A stretch of 64,000 bases of DNA. Source: Maricaulis sp. (GTDB lineage: Bacteria; Pseudomonadota; Alphaproteobacteria; Caulobacterales; Maricaulaceae). The DNA lies in NCBI GenBank assembly GCA_965657935.1, contig CBFHQE010000001.1, positions 17,853 through 81,852 of the forward strand, given 5' to 3'. Both the position numbers and the translations under genes were made by a program. Positions 1 to 8,901 of this stretch are shown piece after piece (positions within the stretch are counted from its first letter, which is position 1; each line of letters opens with the position of its first letter). The notes beneath the pieces were generated by a model. That model did no database searches. It worked only from the letters and a program-made list of their open reading frames with translations, and was not told the origin of the DNA.

Positions 1-789
1 TCCCCCGATCATGCCGATGACAAACTGAAGGGTCGGCGCGATGAATTGCATGATCCCCATGGTCGACAGACGCAGGCCCCGTGCGCCGATAATGTAGAAC
101 ATGAGTGGCACGGCCGTGACGATACCGGCCGACACCAACAGCGATGCCTCGTAAACACCATCAAGAAAATGCATCTCCCCGGTCAAGGCGATCCAGTAAA
201 GACCCGCCAGCATGAAGGGTGTCATGATCACCGCTTCCCAGAACAGGCCGACCCGGCCATCCACCGCCACGGTTTTGCGCAAATAGCCATAGGCGGTGAA
301 ACTGGTGGCCAGCATCAGGGCAACCCAGGGCACTTCTCCGCCAGCAATGATCAGGTTGAGCACGCCCAGCGTCGCCAGCACGATCGCGGCAATCCGCCAG
401 GGCCCCAGCGGTTCTCGCAGGACCACAACGCCGACAGCCACACTCATCAACGGGTTGATGTAATAACCCAGCGAGGCCTGCAGCACCTGGCCATTGGTCA
501 CCGCCCAGGTAAAGCCGAACCAGTTCACGGAGATGATCAGGGAGGTCGCGATCAGGGTCAGCAGCACACGTGTATTGCGCAGGGCCGTGGCCGCTTCACG
601 CAGCTTGCCGGCCGCCGCCAGGATGATCCCGAGCGCGGGCACAGCCCAGATCACCCGATGCATCACCACCTCGGCTGCCGAGGCAAAATCCAGCACCTGG
701 AAGAAGAGCGGGATGACGCCCCAGATCAGATAGGCGGACAGGCCTGCGGCAAGCGCCGTGCGTTGATTGTGCGACTCGATGGCGGTCAT
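1..789 (-). CDS. rarD: RarD/EamA-family membrane transporter, first 263 codons (gene continues beyond window start)
   Basis: Absent from the ORF track because it has no stop in the window. Reverse-strand reading from ATG (complement of 787-789, GAGGAA RBS upstream) gives MTAIESHNQRTALAAGLSAYLIWGVIPLFFQ...SLGYYINPLMSVAVGVVVLREPL...GIMQFIAPT, a multi-TM RarD-like pattern. Track ORF 46..819(+) is its shadow. Confidence 0.8.
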   Translation of the reverse strand, partial: MTAIESHNQRTALAAGLSAYLIWGVIPLFFQVLDFASAAEVVMHRVIWAVPALGIILAAAGKLREAATALRNTRVLLTLIATSLIISVNWFGFTWAVTNGQVLQASLGYYINPLMSVAVGVVVLREPLGPWRIAAIVLATLGVLNLIIAGGEVPWVALMLATSFTAYGYLRKTVAVDGRVGLFWEAVIMTPFMLAGLYWIALTGEMHFLDGVYEASLLVSAGIVTAVPLMFYIIGARGLRLSTMGIMQFIAPTLQFVIGMIGG

Positions 790-866
790 GGGGTTCCTCG
801 ACTTGAGCCCCACACATAGGAAGGGCCGCACCAAAGCGCGACCCACTTCTTGTTACAAAGACTGCG

Positions 867-1889
867 CTAGGCTTTCAGCAGACCACGATTAAGCAGGCCC
901 TCCGCGATCTGGACCGCATTGAGGGCCGCGCCCTTGCGCAGATTGTCGGAGACCACCCAAAGCGCCAGACCGTTCTCGACGGTCGGATCCTCGCGCACGC
1001 GAGACACGAACGTCGCAAATTCACCGACGCTTTCAACCGGGGTGACGTAGCCGTCGTCCTCGCGCTTGTCGACGACCATCAGTCCGGGGCTGACCCGCAG
1101 CAGTTCACGCGCCTCGTCAGCGGACAACTCTTCTTCCAGCTCCAGGTGCGCGGCAATGGAATGGCCCACAAAGACCGGAACGCGAGCACAAGTGGCAAAC
1201 AGCTTGATTGACGGATCGAGAATCTTCTTGGTCTCCGCCATCATCTTCCACTCTTCCTTGGTGGCCCCGTCTTCCATGAAGGTGTCGATGTGAGGAATGA
1301 CGTTGAAGGCGATCTGTTTGGTAAAGGCAGTCGGCTCGACCTGGTCGTTCACGTAGATGCCCTTGGTTTGCGTCCACAGCTCGTCCATGGCCGCCTGACC
1401 GCCACCGGAAACGGACTGATAGGTCGCACAATTCACGCGCTTGATTTTTGCCCGGTCGTGGATGGGCTTGAGCGCCACCATCAGCTGTATGGTCGAACAG
1501 TTCGGGTTGGCAATGATACGCTTCTTGGATACGCCATCGAGCGCTTCAGGGTTCACTTCCGGAACGACCAGCGGAACGTCGGGGTCCATGCGCCAGGCCG
1601 AAGAGTTATCGATGACGATGGCGCCAGCGGCGGCGATTTTGGGCGACCATTCGCGCGACGGGTCGCCTCCGGCCGACATCAGCACCAGGTCGACCTTGGA
1701 AAAATCAAAGGTTTCCGCGTTCTGACACACAAGCGTCCTGTCACCATAGGACAGCTCGACACCCATCGACTTGCGGCTGGCGAGGGCAAAAACCTCTTCG
1801 GCCGGGAAAAGACGCTCCTCAAGGATTGTGAGCATTTCCTTGCCGACGGCGCCCGTAGCACCGAATACCGCGACCTTCAAACCCATCAT
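867..1889 (-). CDS. asd: aspartate-semialdehyde dehydrogenase
   Basis: 340-aa ORF with an N-terminal Rossmann motif VFGATGAVG and the active-site region IIANPNCSTIQL. Overall Asd-like sequence. Confidence 0.93.
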   Translation of the reverse strand: MMGLKVAVFGATGAVGKEMLTILEERLFPAEEVFALASRKSMGVELSYGDRTLVCQNAETFDFSKVDLVLMSAGGDPSREWSPKIAAAGAIVIDNSSAWRMDPDVPLVVPEVNPEALDGVSKKRIIANPNCSTIQLMVALKPIHDRAKIKRVNCATYQSVSGGGQAAMDELWTQTKGIYVNDQVEPTAFTKQIAFNVIPHIDTFMEDGATKEEWKMMAETKKILDPSIKLFATCARVPVFVGHSIAAHLELEEELSADEARELLRVSPGLMVVDKREDDGYVTPVESVGEFATFVSRVREDPTVENGLALWVVSDNLRKGAALNAVQIAEGLLNRGLLKA

Positions 1890-2027
1890 TCAATCCTTTC
1901 GCGCACAAATTTTCCAAACTTTGGAGGCTTGCCAATAACCCCATGCTCTCAGCATGGCTAGAGCTGAAATCATGGACGAATGCTTTTCCTGACCCTAGGC
2001 TTTCAAAATACAACCTGGGAGGACGAT

Positions 2028-2201
2028 ATGGACCCGCGAGTGCTTATCGGTATGTTCTTTGGTGGTGGCCTGATTTTTATCGCGATTTTTGTCGTGATCA
2101 TGGCCAAGTTCGGGAAAGCTGGGCCCGCAAACACACCTGGCGAGAAACATGGCGCCGCGACGAACGCCATGAACCCGTTGCACAACAGCGATAACTGCTA
2201 G
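2028..2201 (+). CDS. small single-TM hypothetical protein (57 aa)
   Basis: ATG at 2028 is preceded by a GGGAGGA RBS. It has one hydrophobic helix (VLIGMFFGGGLIFIAIFVVIMA). No family recognised. The track start at 1980 has no RBS. Confidence 0.35.
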   Translation: MDPRVLIGMFFGGGLIFIAIFVVIMAKFGKAGPANTPGEKHGAATNAMNPLHNSDNC

Positions 2202-2500
2202 CGTTTCATCTTGTTCCAGATGCGCAGGGCAATCAGGCCTGCAAAGACCAGCGCCAGCAATTCCAGCGCGTTGGCACCGAAAATGATCGGCCGGATGAGG
2301 CGCTCCAACGCCCCCCAGCGGCCATCATAGATCGTCTCCCCGCCACGATGGAAACCGACATAAACGGCGACAGCGACAACAATGGCCGCGCCGAAACCGG
2401 CCAGGCGGATCATGCCCGCGGGGTTGAAGCTGCCCCCACCCACGCCATCACGCGTTTCTCTCGCCCGTTGAGAGCGCTCAAGCAGTCGCCGCCGTCTCAT
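2198..2500 (-). CDS. hypothetical membrane protein (100 aa)
   Basis: The ORF has two hydrophobic segments. Its ATG overlaps the stop of the upstream gene (ATGA at 2497-2500), which suggests translational coupling. No family recognised. Confidence 0.5.
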   Translation of the reverse strand: MRRRRLLERSQRARETRDGVGGGSFNPAGMIRLAGFGAAIVVAVAVYVGFHRGGETIYDGRWGALERLIRPIIFGANALELLALVFAGLIALRIWNKMKR

Positions 2501-3096
2501 TCTTCCACCTCACGCTCATGTCCGTTCGCGGCGGGCGTATCATCGGGTTCCTCGAAATACTGGAGCGCGCCCTCGACGTTGAGCGGCTGATATTCGCATC
2601 GCTCGACGCTGCGCCGGAAGGATTGGCTGCCGCGATTGTCCCAACACTGGTTGTTCAGTGAGCAATAACAGATCTGAACATCCATTTCAGTGATCAGTTC
2701 GCGCAGGCGCAACCCGACGTCTTCGCCATCAATCCGGAAGGCCACCAGCCGCTCTCCGACCGAAAGCACCGAGTCCTGCACTGTCTCCGTCGACATCGAC
2801 AAGTCCTCAAGCGGGTATTCTGCGGCGTCCACAAGCTCGAGCGCATTCACCACTTCCTGGCCTCTCAAGAGAAGACGGAATTCGTGGATCAGCGCTGGTC
2901 CCATCCCCTTGTTTTGCAAATCAAGCGAAAACGTGTCGGCTTCCAGATTGATGTTCATGTCCACATAGGGCCAGACATTGGCCTCAAGCTGCCTATCCGA
3001 CGAGCGCAGCTCGAAAAAAGCGATCACCATGGCGATGGCCGAGAACAAAAGTGCGGCCATGGCGAGAATATATTGATTGCGGTCGTGCTGGCTCAT
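2497..3096 (-). CDS. hypothetical membrane-anchored protein (199 aa), acidic C-terminus, 4 Cys cluster
   Basis: N-terminal TM helix (YILAMAALLFSAIAMVIAFF) followed by a soluble domain with CYCSLNNQCW...RCE. Codon third-position GC is typical of the genome. No family recognised. Confidence 0.6.
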   Translation of the reverse strand: MSQHDRNQYILAMAALLFSAIAMVIAFFELRSSDRQLEANVWPYVDMNINLEADTFSLDLQNKGMGPALIHEFRLLLRGQEVVNALELVDAAEYPLEDLSMSTETVQDSVLSVGERLVAFRIDGEDVGLRLRELITEMDVQICYCSLNNQCWDNRGSQSFRRSVERCEYQPLNVEGALQYFEEPDDTPAANGHEREVEE

Positions 3097-3387
3097 TTAT
3101 CCGCTCTGGTTAGGTAAATGCGTCAACCAACCAAAGGCTGTGACGCATTCAACATAATAGTTTCATTTGCGTTCCGAACGGAAGCGTGCTCATTGTGCCT
3201 GACGGGCGGCCCAAGGGCCGGACGGAATACTGAATAGCCTACCGGGTCCGATCGTTCGAGTGCGGATCTGATTGAGAATAGCTCAGACTTCCCCGACTTT
3301 TACGTCCGTATTGTGCAGCAGGACGCTGCAGCACGAACGACAAGTACGCCCGGACGCGGTGCGTTGCATCAGGGAAGGTTCCCAATC

Positions 3388-3600
3388 ATGGCCAACGGTA
3401 CGGTCAAATTCTTCAACCAAAGCAAAGGCTTTGGCTTTATCACTCCTGACGAGGGCGGCGCTGACGTCTTCGTACACATCACCGCTGTTCAGTCCTCCGG
3501 TCTCCCGGGTCTGGAAGACGGTCAGAAAGTCACTTTCGAAACCGAGCCCGACAAGCGCGGCAAAGGTCCGAAAGCAGTCAACCTCGAGCTGGCTGACTAA
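3388..3600 (+). CDS. cspA: cold-shock protein, CspA family (70 aa)
   Basis: [30 protein letters not shown] contains the RNP1/RNP2 cold-shock domain motifs. An AGGGAAGG RBS sits at 3371-3378. Track ORF 3313.. is an upstream extension. Confidence 0.95.
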   Translation: MANGTVKFFNQSKGFGFITPDEGGADVFVHITAVQSSGLPGLEDGQKVTFETEPDKRGKGPKAVNLELAD

Positions 3601-3625
3601 TTCGGCTCTGACCGGATGAAAGAAA

Positions 3626-3654
3626 GCGCGGACCGCAAGGTCTGCGCTTTTTTT
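3626..3654. terminator. rho-independent terminator, probably bidirectional (csp and glpQ converge here)
   Basis: Stem GCGCGGACC / GGTCTGCGC (one mismatch), loop GCAA, then T7 on the plus strand and a T-rich run on the minus strand. Confidence 0.7.
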
Positions 3655-3670
3655 GTGGCCTATCTTCGGC

Positions 3671-4642
3671 CTACATCTCGTCTCGCACGCGTAGCGCGGT
3701 CGCCGGAAAATCCGTGAAAACGCCATCAACACCCAGGTCATAGATACGCCGGAGCTCGGCCTCCGCATTGACATCAGCCGGCTCGTCATCTCGGAACGTC
3801 CAGGGATGCACGGCCAGTCCCAGCGCATGAGCGGCTTCGACGAAACCTGTATCCTGTCCCTCGGCATCGATCAGCAGAGCCTTGCTTGGCCCGACACCAT
3901 CAGCAAAGACAACCATGTCAGCGAGCGCCACGGTCGGCACCAGCGGACCAACAGCCGGATCCAGTTCCTGCATCTGGAACACCAGCATCAATAACGGCGT
4001 ATCCACCACCGCATCAAGACGCGCCAGGAAGTCCGGCTCGAAACACTGAATCGATGCCATGGCATCCGCACCGTCCAGACCGCGCTCGCGCAGAATGCGG
4101 ACCAGCTCGGGCAGGGGGTCGAGATCCAGGGAAACGAAAAGCCCCGGCGCCTTCACCTCTGGATCGGTGCGCACCCCGGCTTCAGCGGCCAGGTCAAGCA
4201 CCTCTTCGAAGGTCGGGATCAGGAATTGATCATTGTACGCCTGATCGCGATCTGCCCGCGGCTGACGCGCCCGCAGCGTGCGCAATTCTTCCAGGGTGAA
4301 ATCCTCTACCCACCAATCCTCGCGCTCGCCCGATACCCGGCGCCGATCCGCGAACTCCGGTCGATCTGCCACATTCGTTGTTGTCGAGAGATAACGGTCA
4401 TGGCGCGTTACCAGTATGCCGTCCCGCGTCATCACCAGGTCCGGTTCGATGACATCTGCGCCCTGGTCAATCGCCAACTGATAGGCTTCGAGCGTGTGTT
4501 CCGGCCGCTCGCCACTGGCACCGCGATGCGCGAGTGTCGGCTCGCCTGACAGGGTCTGCCAGACATGGGGCTCTGTAGCCTGCTTTGGCGAACAGGCGAT
4601 AACAGCAAGGCCGGTCAGAACGCAAATCAGGGCATGACGCAT
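3671..4642 (-). CDS. glpQ: glycerophosphodiester phosphodiesterase, lipoprotein-type signal
   Basis: GDPD motifs LAHRGASGERPEHT and EPDLVMTRDGILVTRHD. The start at ATG 4642 has a GGAGAG RBS and gives the signal MRHALICVLTGLAVIAC. The longer track ORF to 4939 has a non-protein-like N-terminus. Confidence 0.85.
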   Translation of the reverse strand: MRHALICVLTGLAVIACSPKQATEPHVWQTLSGEPTLAHRGASGERPEHTLEAYQLAIDQGADVIEPDLVMTRDGILVTRHDRYLSTTTNVADRPEFADRRRVSGEREDWWVEDFTLEELRTLRARQPRADRDQAYNDQFLIPTFEEVLDLAAEAGVRTDPEVKAPGLFVSLDLDPLPELVRILRERGLDGADAMASIQCFEPDFLARLDAVVDTPLLMLVFQMQELDPAVGPLVPTVALADMVVFADGVGPSKALLIDAEGQDTGFVEAAHALGLAVHPWTFRDDEPADVNAEAELRRIYDLGVDGVFTDFPATALRVRDEM

Positions 4643-4786
4643 TTTATCTCTCCAGGACATACGGCTAACTCTGTCGCTTCGGTGTATCGCTCGGGGGAGA
4701 CAAATACGTGACAGGCTGCCCGGACGCTTCATTCCCGTGCAAAACCCGGTCATCCATGCGATCAGTGCGCCGGGGAAGGGCTCAGC

Positions 4787-5809
4787 ATGCAGCAACTGAC
4801 AGAGGCCAGAGGGTATATAAACGCACGGGTGCGCGGCACCGGCATATGTATCGTGATTGCACTGGCAGCGGGCTTTCTCGCCTCCCATTACGGTGCGCCA
4901 GTAATGTTGTTTGCGCTCTTGCTGGGTATGGCGCTTCATTTCCTGTTCGAGGACGATGCCTGCACGCCCGGCATCGAGTTCTGTTCGACAACACTGCTGC
5001 GCGTTGGGGTCGCCCTGCTGGGCGCGCGGGGCAGCCTGGATCAGATGATGTCGCTGGGACCCCAGGCCCTGATACTGACGCCGGTCCTGGTAGCAGCCAC
5101 CCTTGGAGCCGGTTGGGGGCTGGCCAAACTGCTCGGGCGTTCAACCCAGTTTGGCTTGTTGGTCGGCGGAGCCGTGGCGATCTGTGGCGCATCTGCGGCG
5201 CTGGCAATTGCTGCCGTCCTGCCGCGCAATAAACTATCCGAGCGTGACACCCTGTTTACCGTGGTGGCCGTGACAGCGCTGTCCACCCTGGCGATGATCG
5301 CCTATCCGCTGCTCTTCTCCGTCCTGCACAGCGATGACGCCCAGATCGGCTTTCTGATCGGGGTGAGTATCCACGATGTCGCCCAGGTCGTCGGCGCCGG
5401 TTACGCGACCTCCGAGACAACCGGTGATGTTGCGGTTTTTGTGAAACTCTTGCGGGTCGCTCTTCTGCCCGCAGTAGTTCTCGGGCTGGCGCTGGCCTAT
5501 CGGCGCTCTGCCGACACACCAGAAGGCGCATCAGACGGCGGCGCCCATATTCCGCTCTTTGTCATCGCTTTCATAGCCATCATGGCCATTAACTCCTTTG
5601 GTCTCATTCCAACAGCGATTGGGGATGCTGCCAACGCCACATCGCGCTGGTTGCTCATCACGGCGATCGCTGCGCTGGGCGTGAAGACTTCGCTGAAATC
5701 ACTGTCAGAACTGGGCTGGCAACATCTCGGCGTTGCGGTCCTGACAACCCTCTTCCTGCTCATAAGCGCGATCGGCGGGCTATGGTTGCTGGATGTGTTC
5801 GGGCAGTAG
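4787..5809 (+). CDS. YeiH/UPF0324 family membrane protein (putative sulfate-exporter family transporter)
   Basis: 340-aa multi-pass membrane protein with a YeiH-like layout (…LLRVGVALLGAR…GGAVAICGASAALA…IHDVAQVVGAGY…). Confidence 0.75.
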   Translation: MQQLTEARGYINARVRGTGICIVIALAAGFLASHYGAPVMLFALLLGMALHFLFEDDACTPGIEFCSTTLLRVGVALLGARGSLDQMMSLGPQALILTPVLVAATLGAGWGLAKLLGRSTQFGLLVGGAVAICGASAALAIAAVLPRNKLSERDTLFTVVAVTALSTLAMIAYPLLFSVLHSDDAQIGFLIGVSIHDVAQVVGAGYATSETTGDVAVFVKLLRVALLPAVVLGLALAYRRSADTPEGASDGGAHIPLFVIAFIAIMAINSFGLIPTAIGDAANATSRWLLITAIAALGVKTSLKSLSELGWQHLGVAVLTTLFLLISAIGGLWLLDVFGQ

Positions 5810-5891
5810 ACGAGGACCGGATGGACTGGAAAACGCCCTCCCCAAACTTCACTCCACCCTCTAGCCTATCGACCCCATCAGGAGACCTCTC

Positions 5892-6422
5892 ATGACCGAC
5901 AGAACGCGATTTGATGATCTGGCCGACGCCGCCTCGCGCTATGGCGAGCTGGCGCTTGAGAATTACGCCCAAATCCGGTCAGTGGCCGAGAATGTTGCAA
6001 CGGGTTTTTGCCGCCATCTCGGCGGGCCGGGCAAATGTGTGTTTCTGGTGCCCCCACAGGGCGCCTGGTCGCCACAACCCTATCAGAGCGGGGCATTTTC
6101 AGTTTCAGGCACGGGTTTTCTGCCACTCGCGCCCATCAGTTTTGGGCTGGCCGTCAAGGTTTCCCATTCAGGCGACTGGCTACGCCTGGTGCTGACCTGC
6201 TCGAAGAATGGGCCGGCGATGGATATTGGCATTGAGGGCGGGCGACATTTCTCGCTCGGCCTGCCGATCGGCGAGGCGGATCTTGGCGAGCTCTTCTCCC
6301 AGCTGGAAGATCACCTGGTCGACTGGTTCAAGGAACAGTCCGACCACTACGAACATGGCGCTTACGGCAATCGCGAGATCGGCTTTGAATTTGTCCATGC
6401 CGACCCCGACGATGAGAGTTAG
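5892..6422 (+). CDS. hypothetical protein (176 aa)
   Basis: ATG preceded by a CAGGAGA RBS, with normal codon bias. No family recognised. Confidence 0.55.
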   Translation: MTDRTRFDDLADAASRYGELALENYAQIRSVAENVATGFCRHLGGPGKCVFLVPPQGAWSPQPYQSGAFSVSGTGFLPLAPISFGLAVKVSHSGDWLRLVLTCSKNGPAMDIGIEGGRHFSLGLPIGEADLGELFSQLEDHLVDWFKEQSDHYEHGAYGNREIGFEFVHADPDDES

Positions 6423-6428
6423 GATTTC

Positions 6429-6674
6429 CTAGCCCAGTAACATGGCGACCTGCGATGCGGTGCCACCGAGCAAACCGCTGAACCAGGCGCCGGTTCCACC
6501 CGCTGCGCCCAATCCGAGCGCCATCATGAACCGGCGGCGCACGGCAAACTCCGCGGCCAGCCGGGCCGCTGTGGCAACCGTTGAGGTTCCCAACAGGGAC
6601 ACGCTGCCACCGATCAGAGTTGCGGCTAGAGCGGAAACAAGTGCAGTCTGTGCTTCATAAGGTAACTGGTCCAT
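6429..6674 (-). CDS. small glycine/alanine-rich membrane protein (81 aa)
   Basis: ATG at 6674 is preceded by a GGGGAGG RBS 5 nt upstream. The sequence has two Gly/Ala-rich hydrophobic stretches (LIGGSVSLLG, GLGAAGGTGAWFSGLLGG). The track start at 6734 is less well supported. Confidence 0.45.
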   Translation of the reverse strand: MDQLPYEAQTALVSALAATLIGGSVSLLGTSTVATAARLAAEFAVRRRFMMALGLGAAGGTGAWFSGLLGGTASQVAMLLG

Positions 6675-6755
6675 TTTGGCCTCCCCGACATCACGCATCG
6701 CCCCAGCGGCGGTGCTCCCATCAAAACGCGACATCAGACGAGATCACTTAAAGAC

Positions 6756-8594
6756 ATGCAGCCTGACCTCACGCTGACTATCGCGCTCATCGCCGGTTCA
6801 GGAATTGTCGCCCAGTGGCTGGCCTGGCGCCTGCGCTGGCCATCCATCGTCCTGATGATGGGCGCGGGCCTTTTGCTGGGCCCCATTGCCGGACTGGCGC
6901 TGGGGGAACCCATCCTCGATCCGCAGGCCAGCTTTCAGGAATATCTCCGGCCGATGATCGCGTTGGCAGTGGCCGTCATCCTGTTCGAAGGCGGCATCAC
7001 GCTGAATTTCCGGGAACTCAGAGACGCGTCGGCCCCCGTCCGGCGCATGGTGTTTCTCGGCTTCCCGCTGGGCTGGGGCCTGACTGCCATAGCGCTGCAT
7101 TATGTCGCCGGACTGGCATGGGACATCTCGTTCATGATCGGCGCCCTGCTGACGACGACCGGGCCGACCGTGGTCCTGCCGCTTCTGCGCCAAGCCAAAC
7201 TGCCACCCCGCATCGCCTCGGTGCTGAAATGGGAAGGCATCGTCAATGACCCGATCGGCGCCCTGGGTGCGGTCTTCATGTTCGAGGCCATTCGTCAGAA
7301 TGCGCTGGGCCATGACTGGGTCGCCGCGGCCGGATTCCTGACCATGGGCGCGCTGATCGGCGGGCTGATGGGTTTTGCCTTCGGATTCGGCCTCTCGCAA
7401 TCCTTCCGCCGCGGCCTGGTGCCCGAGCCCATGAAAGCACCACTGGTCCTGGCCGCAGTCCTGGTGTGTTTTGCTGCTGCCGAGCAGCTCGCTTCCGAGA
7501 CCGGCCTGGTAGCTGTGGCGATCTTCGGCCTGGTCGTGGCCAATTCCCGCCTTGCCTCGATCGAGGAGATGCGTCGTTTCAAGGAAGGCATCGCAGCCAT
7601 TCTCGTGGCCAGCGTTTTTGTTGTTCTGGCCGCAGATCTCAGCCCGGACGACCTCTCCGCCCTGGGCCCGCATCACTTCGCTTTCATCGCCATATTCATG
7701 CTGATTGTGCGCCCGCTTTCCGTGGCGTTGGCAACGTTCAAGTCCGGCCTGGACCTCAAGGAAACCACCTTCATCGGTGTGGTTGGGCCGCGCGGGGTGG
7801 TTGCAGCGGCAGCCGCCGGACACCTGTCAGCCACGCTCGCCGCTGTCGGACGGGAAGACGCAGCCATTCTCGCACCGCTGGTTTTCATGACAATCTTCAT
7901 CAGCGTGTTCGGTTGCGGCTTCGCGGTTGCGCCGCTTGCAAAATTGCTCGGCCTTTCTCAAGACGGACCGGAACGTCTGTTGGTTGTCGGCGCCAATCCC
8001 TGGACCCTGGGCTTGGCAGACGCGCTAAAAGCCCACGACATTCCTGTTACCATTGCCGATATCGGGTGGCGCCGCCTGCGCCAGGCGCGGCTCAATGGCC
8101 ATGAGATTTATTACGGGGAAGTGCTGTCCGAAACAGCCGACTGGCGGCTCGAGCCCGCCCGGTTCGCCGCGTTGCTGGCAGCAACCCATAACGATGCCTA
8201 TAACGCGCTGGTGTGCGTCGAATACGCGCCGGAACTGGGGCGCAGCCGGGTTTTTCAGCTCTCCGGCTTTGAAGGCAAGGATGGCGACAAGATTCCGGAC
8301 GAAGATCCGCGCGCCATTGTCTATACAGCGCGGGGTCGCACGCTGATCCGCAAGGGTCGGGGGTATGAAGGGCTGGCGCGGGACTGGTGGCAGGGCTGGA
8401 CTTTCCGGGCCACACGCCTGTCGGATAGCTATACGCTGGAGGATTGCCTGGCCGAGCCCGACAGCGCGGGTGATATCGTGCTGGCACAGCTGCCCAATGG
8501 CAAACTCCACCTGCTCGGCAGCGGCAAACCGCTTCCGGATACACCAGGGACACTATTGATCAGATTTGCGCCGCCCCAGACCGGGGGTCAGTAA
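6756..8594 (+). CDS. cation:proton antiporter (CPA1/NhaP-like) with C-terminal cytoplasmic domain
   Basis: 612 aa. The N-terminal roughly 400 aa are multi-TM with a Na+/H+ exchanger-like pattern (…GPTVVLPLLRQ…WEGIVNDPIGA…). The C-terminal half is soluble and begins LLVVGANPWTLGLA (Rossmann/TrkA-like). Confidence 0.85.
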   Translation: MQPDLTLTIALIAGSGIVAQWLAWRLRWPSIVLMMGAGLLLGPIAGLALGEPILDPQASFQEYLRPMIALAVAVILFEGGITLNFRELRDASAPVRRMVFLGFPLGWGLTAIALHYVAGLAWDISFMIGALLTTTGPTVVLPLLRQAKLPPRIASVLKWEGIVNDPIGALGAVFMFEAIRQNALGHDWVAAAGFLTMGALIGGLMGFAFGFGLSQSFRRGLVPEPMKAPLVLAAVLVCFAAAEQLASETGLVAVAIFGLVVANSRLASIEEMRRFKEGIAAILVASVFVVLAADLSPDDLSALGPHHFAFIAIFMLIVRPLSVALATFKSGLDLKETTFIGVVGPRGVVAAAAAGHLSATLAAVGREDAAILAPLVFMTIFISVFGCGFAVAPLAKLLGLSQDGPERLLVVGANPWTLGLADALKAHDIPVTIADIGWRRLRQARLNGHEIYYGEVLSETADWRLEPARFAALLAATHNDAYNALVCVEYAPELGRSRVFQLSGFEGKDGDKIPDEDPRAIVYTARGRTLIRKGRGYEGLARDWWQGWTFRATRLSDSYTLEDCLAEPDSAGDIVLAQLPNGKLHLLGSGKPLPDTPGTLLIRFAPPQTGGQ

Positions 8595-8776
8595 CGCGGA
8601 CCGGCATCATTCGGCAGGCCGCCGGGCTCGGCCGGACCGCAATAGGGCCAGCTGCCTTCATTCGGGTCACCGTGCGGGCAGACCGCGTCCTCACCTTCAT
8701 AAATCGCGATGCAGCCCGACAGGCTGGCCGCAGCGAAAAGCGCGGCAAGAACCAGAAAAGAACGCTTGATGGTCAT
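8588..8776 (-). CDS. small lipoprotein (62 aa)
   Basis: MTIKRSFLVLAALFAAASLSGC carries the lipobox LSGC. The mature part is Cys/Pro/Gly-rich. The start is shortened from track position 8833 to the ATG at 8776. Confidence 0.5.
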   Translation of the reverse strand: MTIKRSFLVLAALFAAASLSGCIAIYEGEDAVCPHGDPNEGSWPYCGPAEPGGLPNDAGPRY

Positions 8777-8901
8777 CTTGATGCCCCTGTTTGTCAGCAT
8801 GGTGACCGGGCTTGTATTCGAGCGCAAGCGCAAAGGGTTCGATTCATCCCGAATTAACCCTGTTCAAGGCATGTAAACACAGGTCTCAAGCGGGAATTTC
8901 A

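Noticed and set aside
46-819. 257-aa plus-strand ORF at the window start
   Set aside because: Its composition is dominated by H/R/G/Q/D and is not protein-like. The opposite strand encodes a clean RarD-type membrane protein, so this is a shadow ORF.
3671-4939. Long 422-aa version of the glycerophosphodiesterase ORF
   Set aside because: The N-terminal roughly 100 residues are not protein-like and overlap the divergent yeiH-like gene region. An internal ATG with an RBS gives a proper lipoprotein signal. The same logic was applied to shorten 8812, 13965..14870, 14023, 17491, 20169, 43850, 45197, 46638, 46686 and 60924.
6798-7823. 341-aa ORF antisense to the Na+/H+ antiporter
   Set aside because: Shadow ORF. 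The plus-strand product is a coherent multi-TM transporter.
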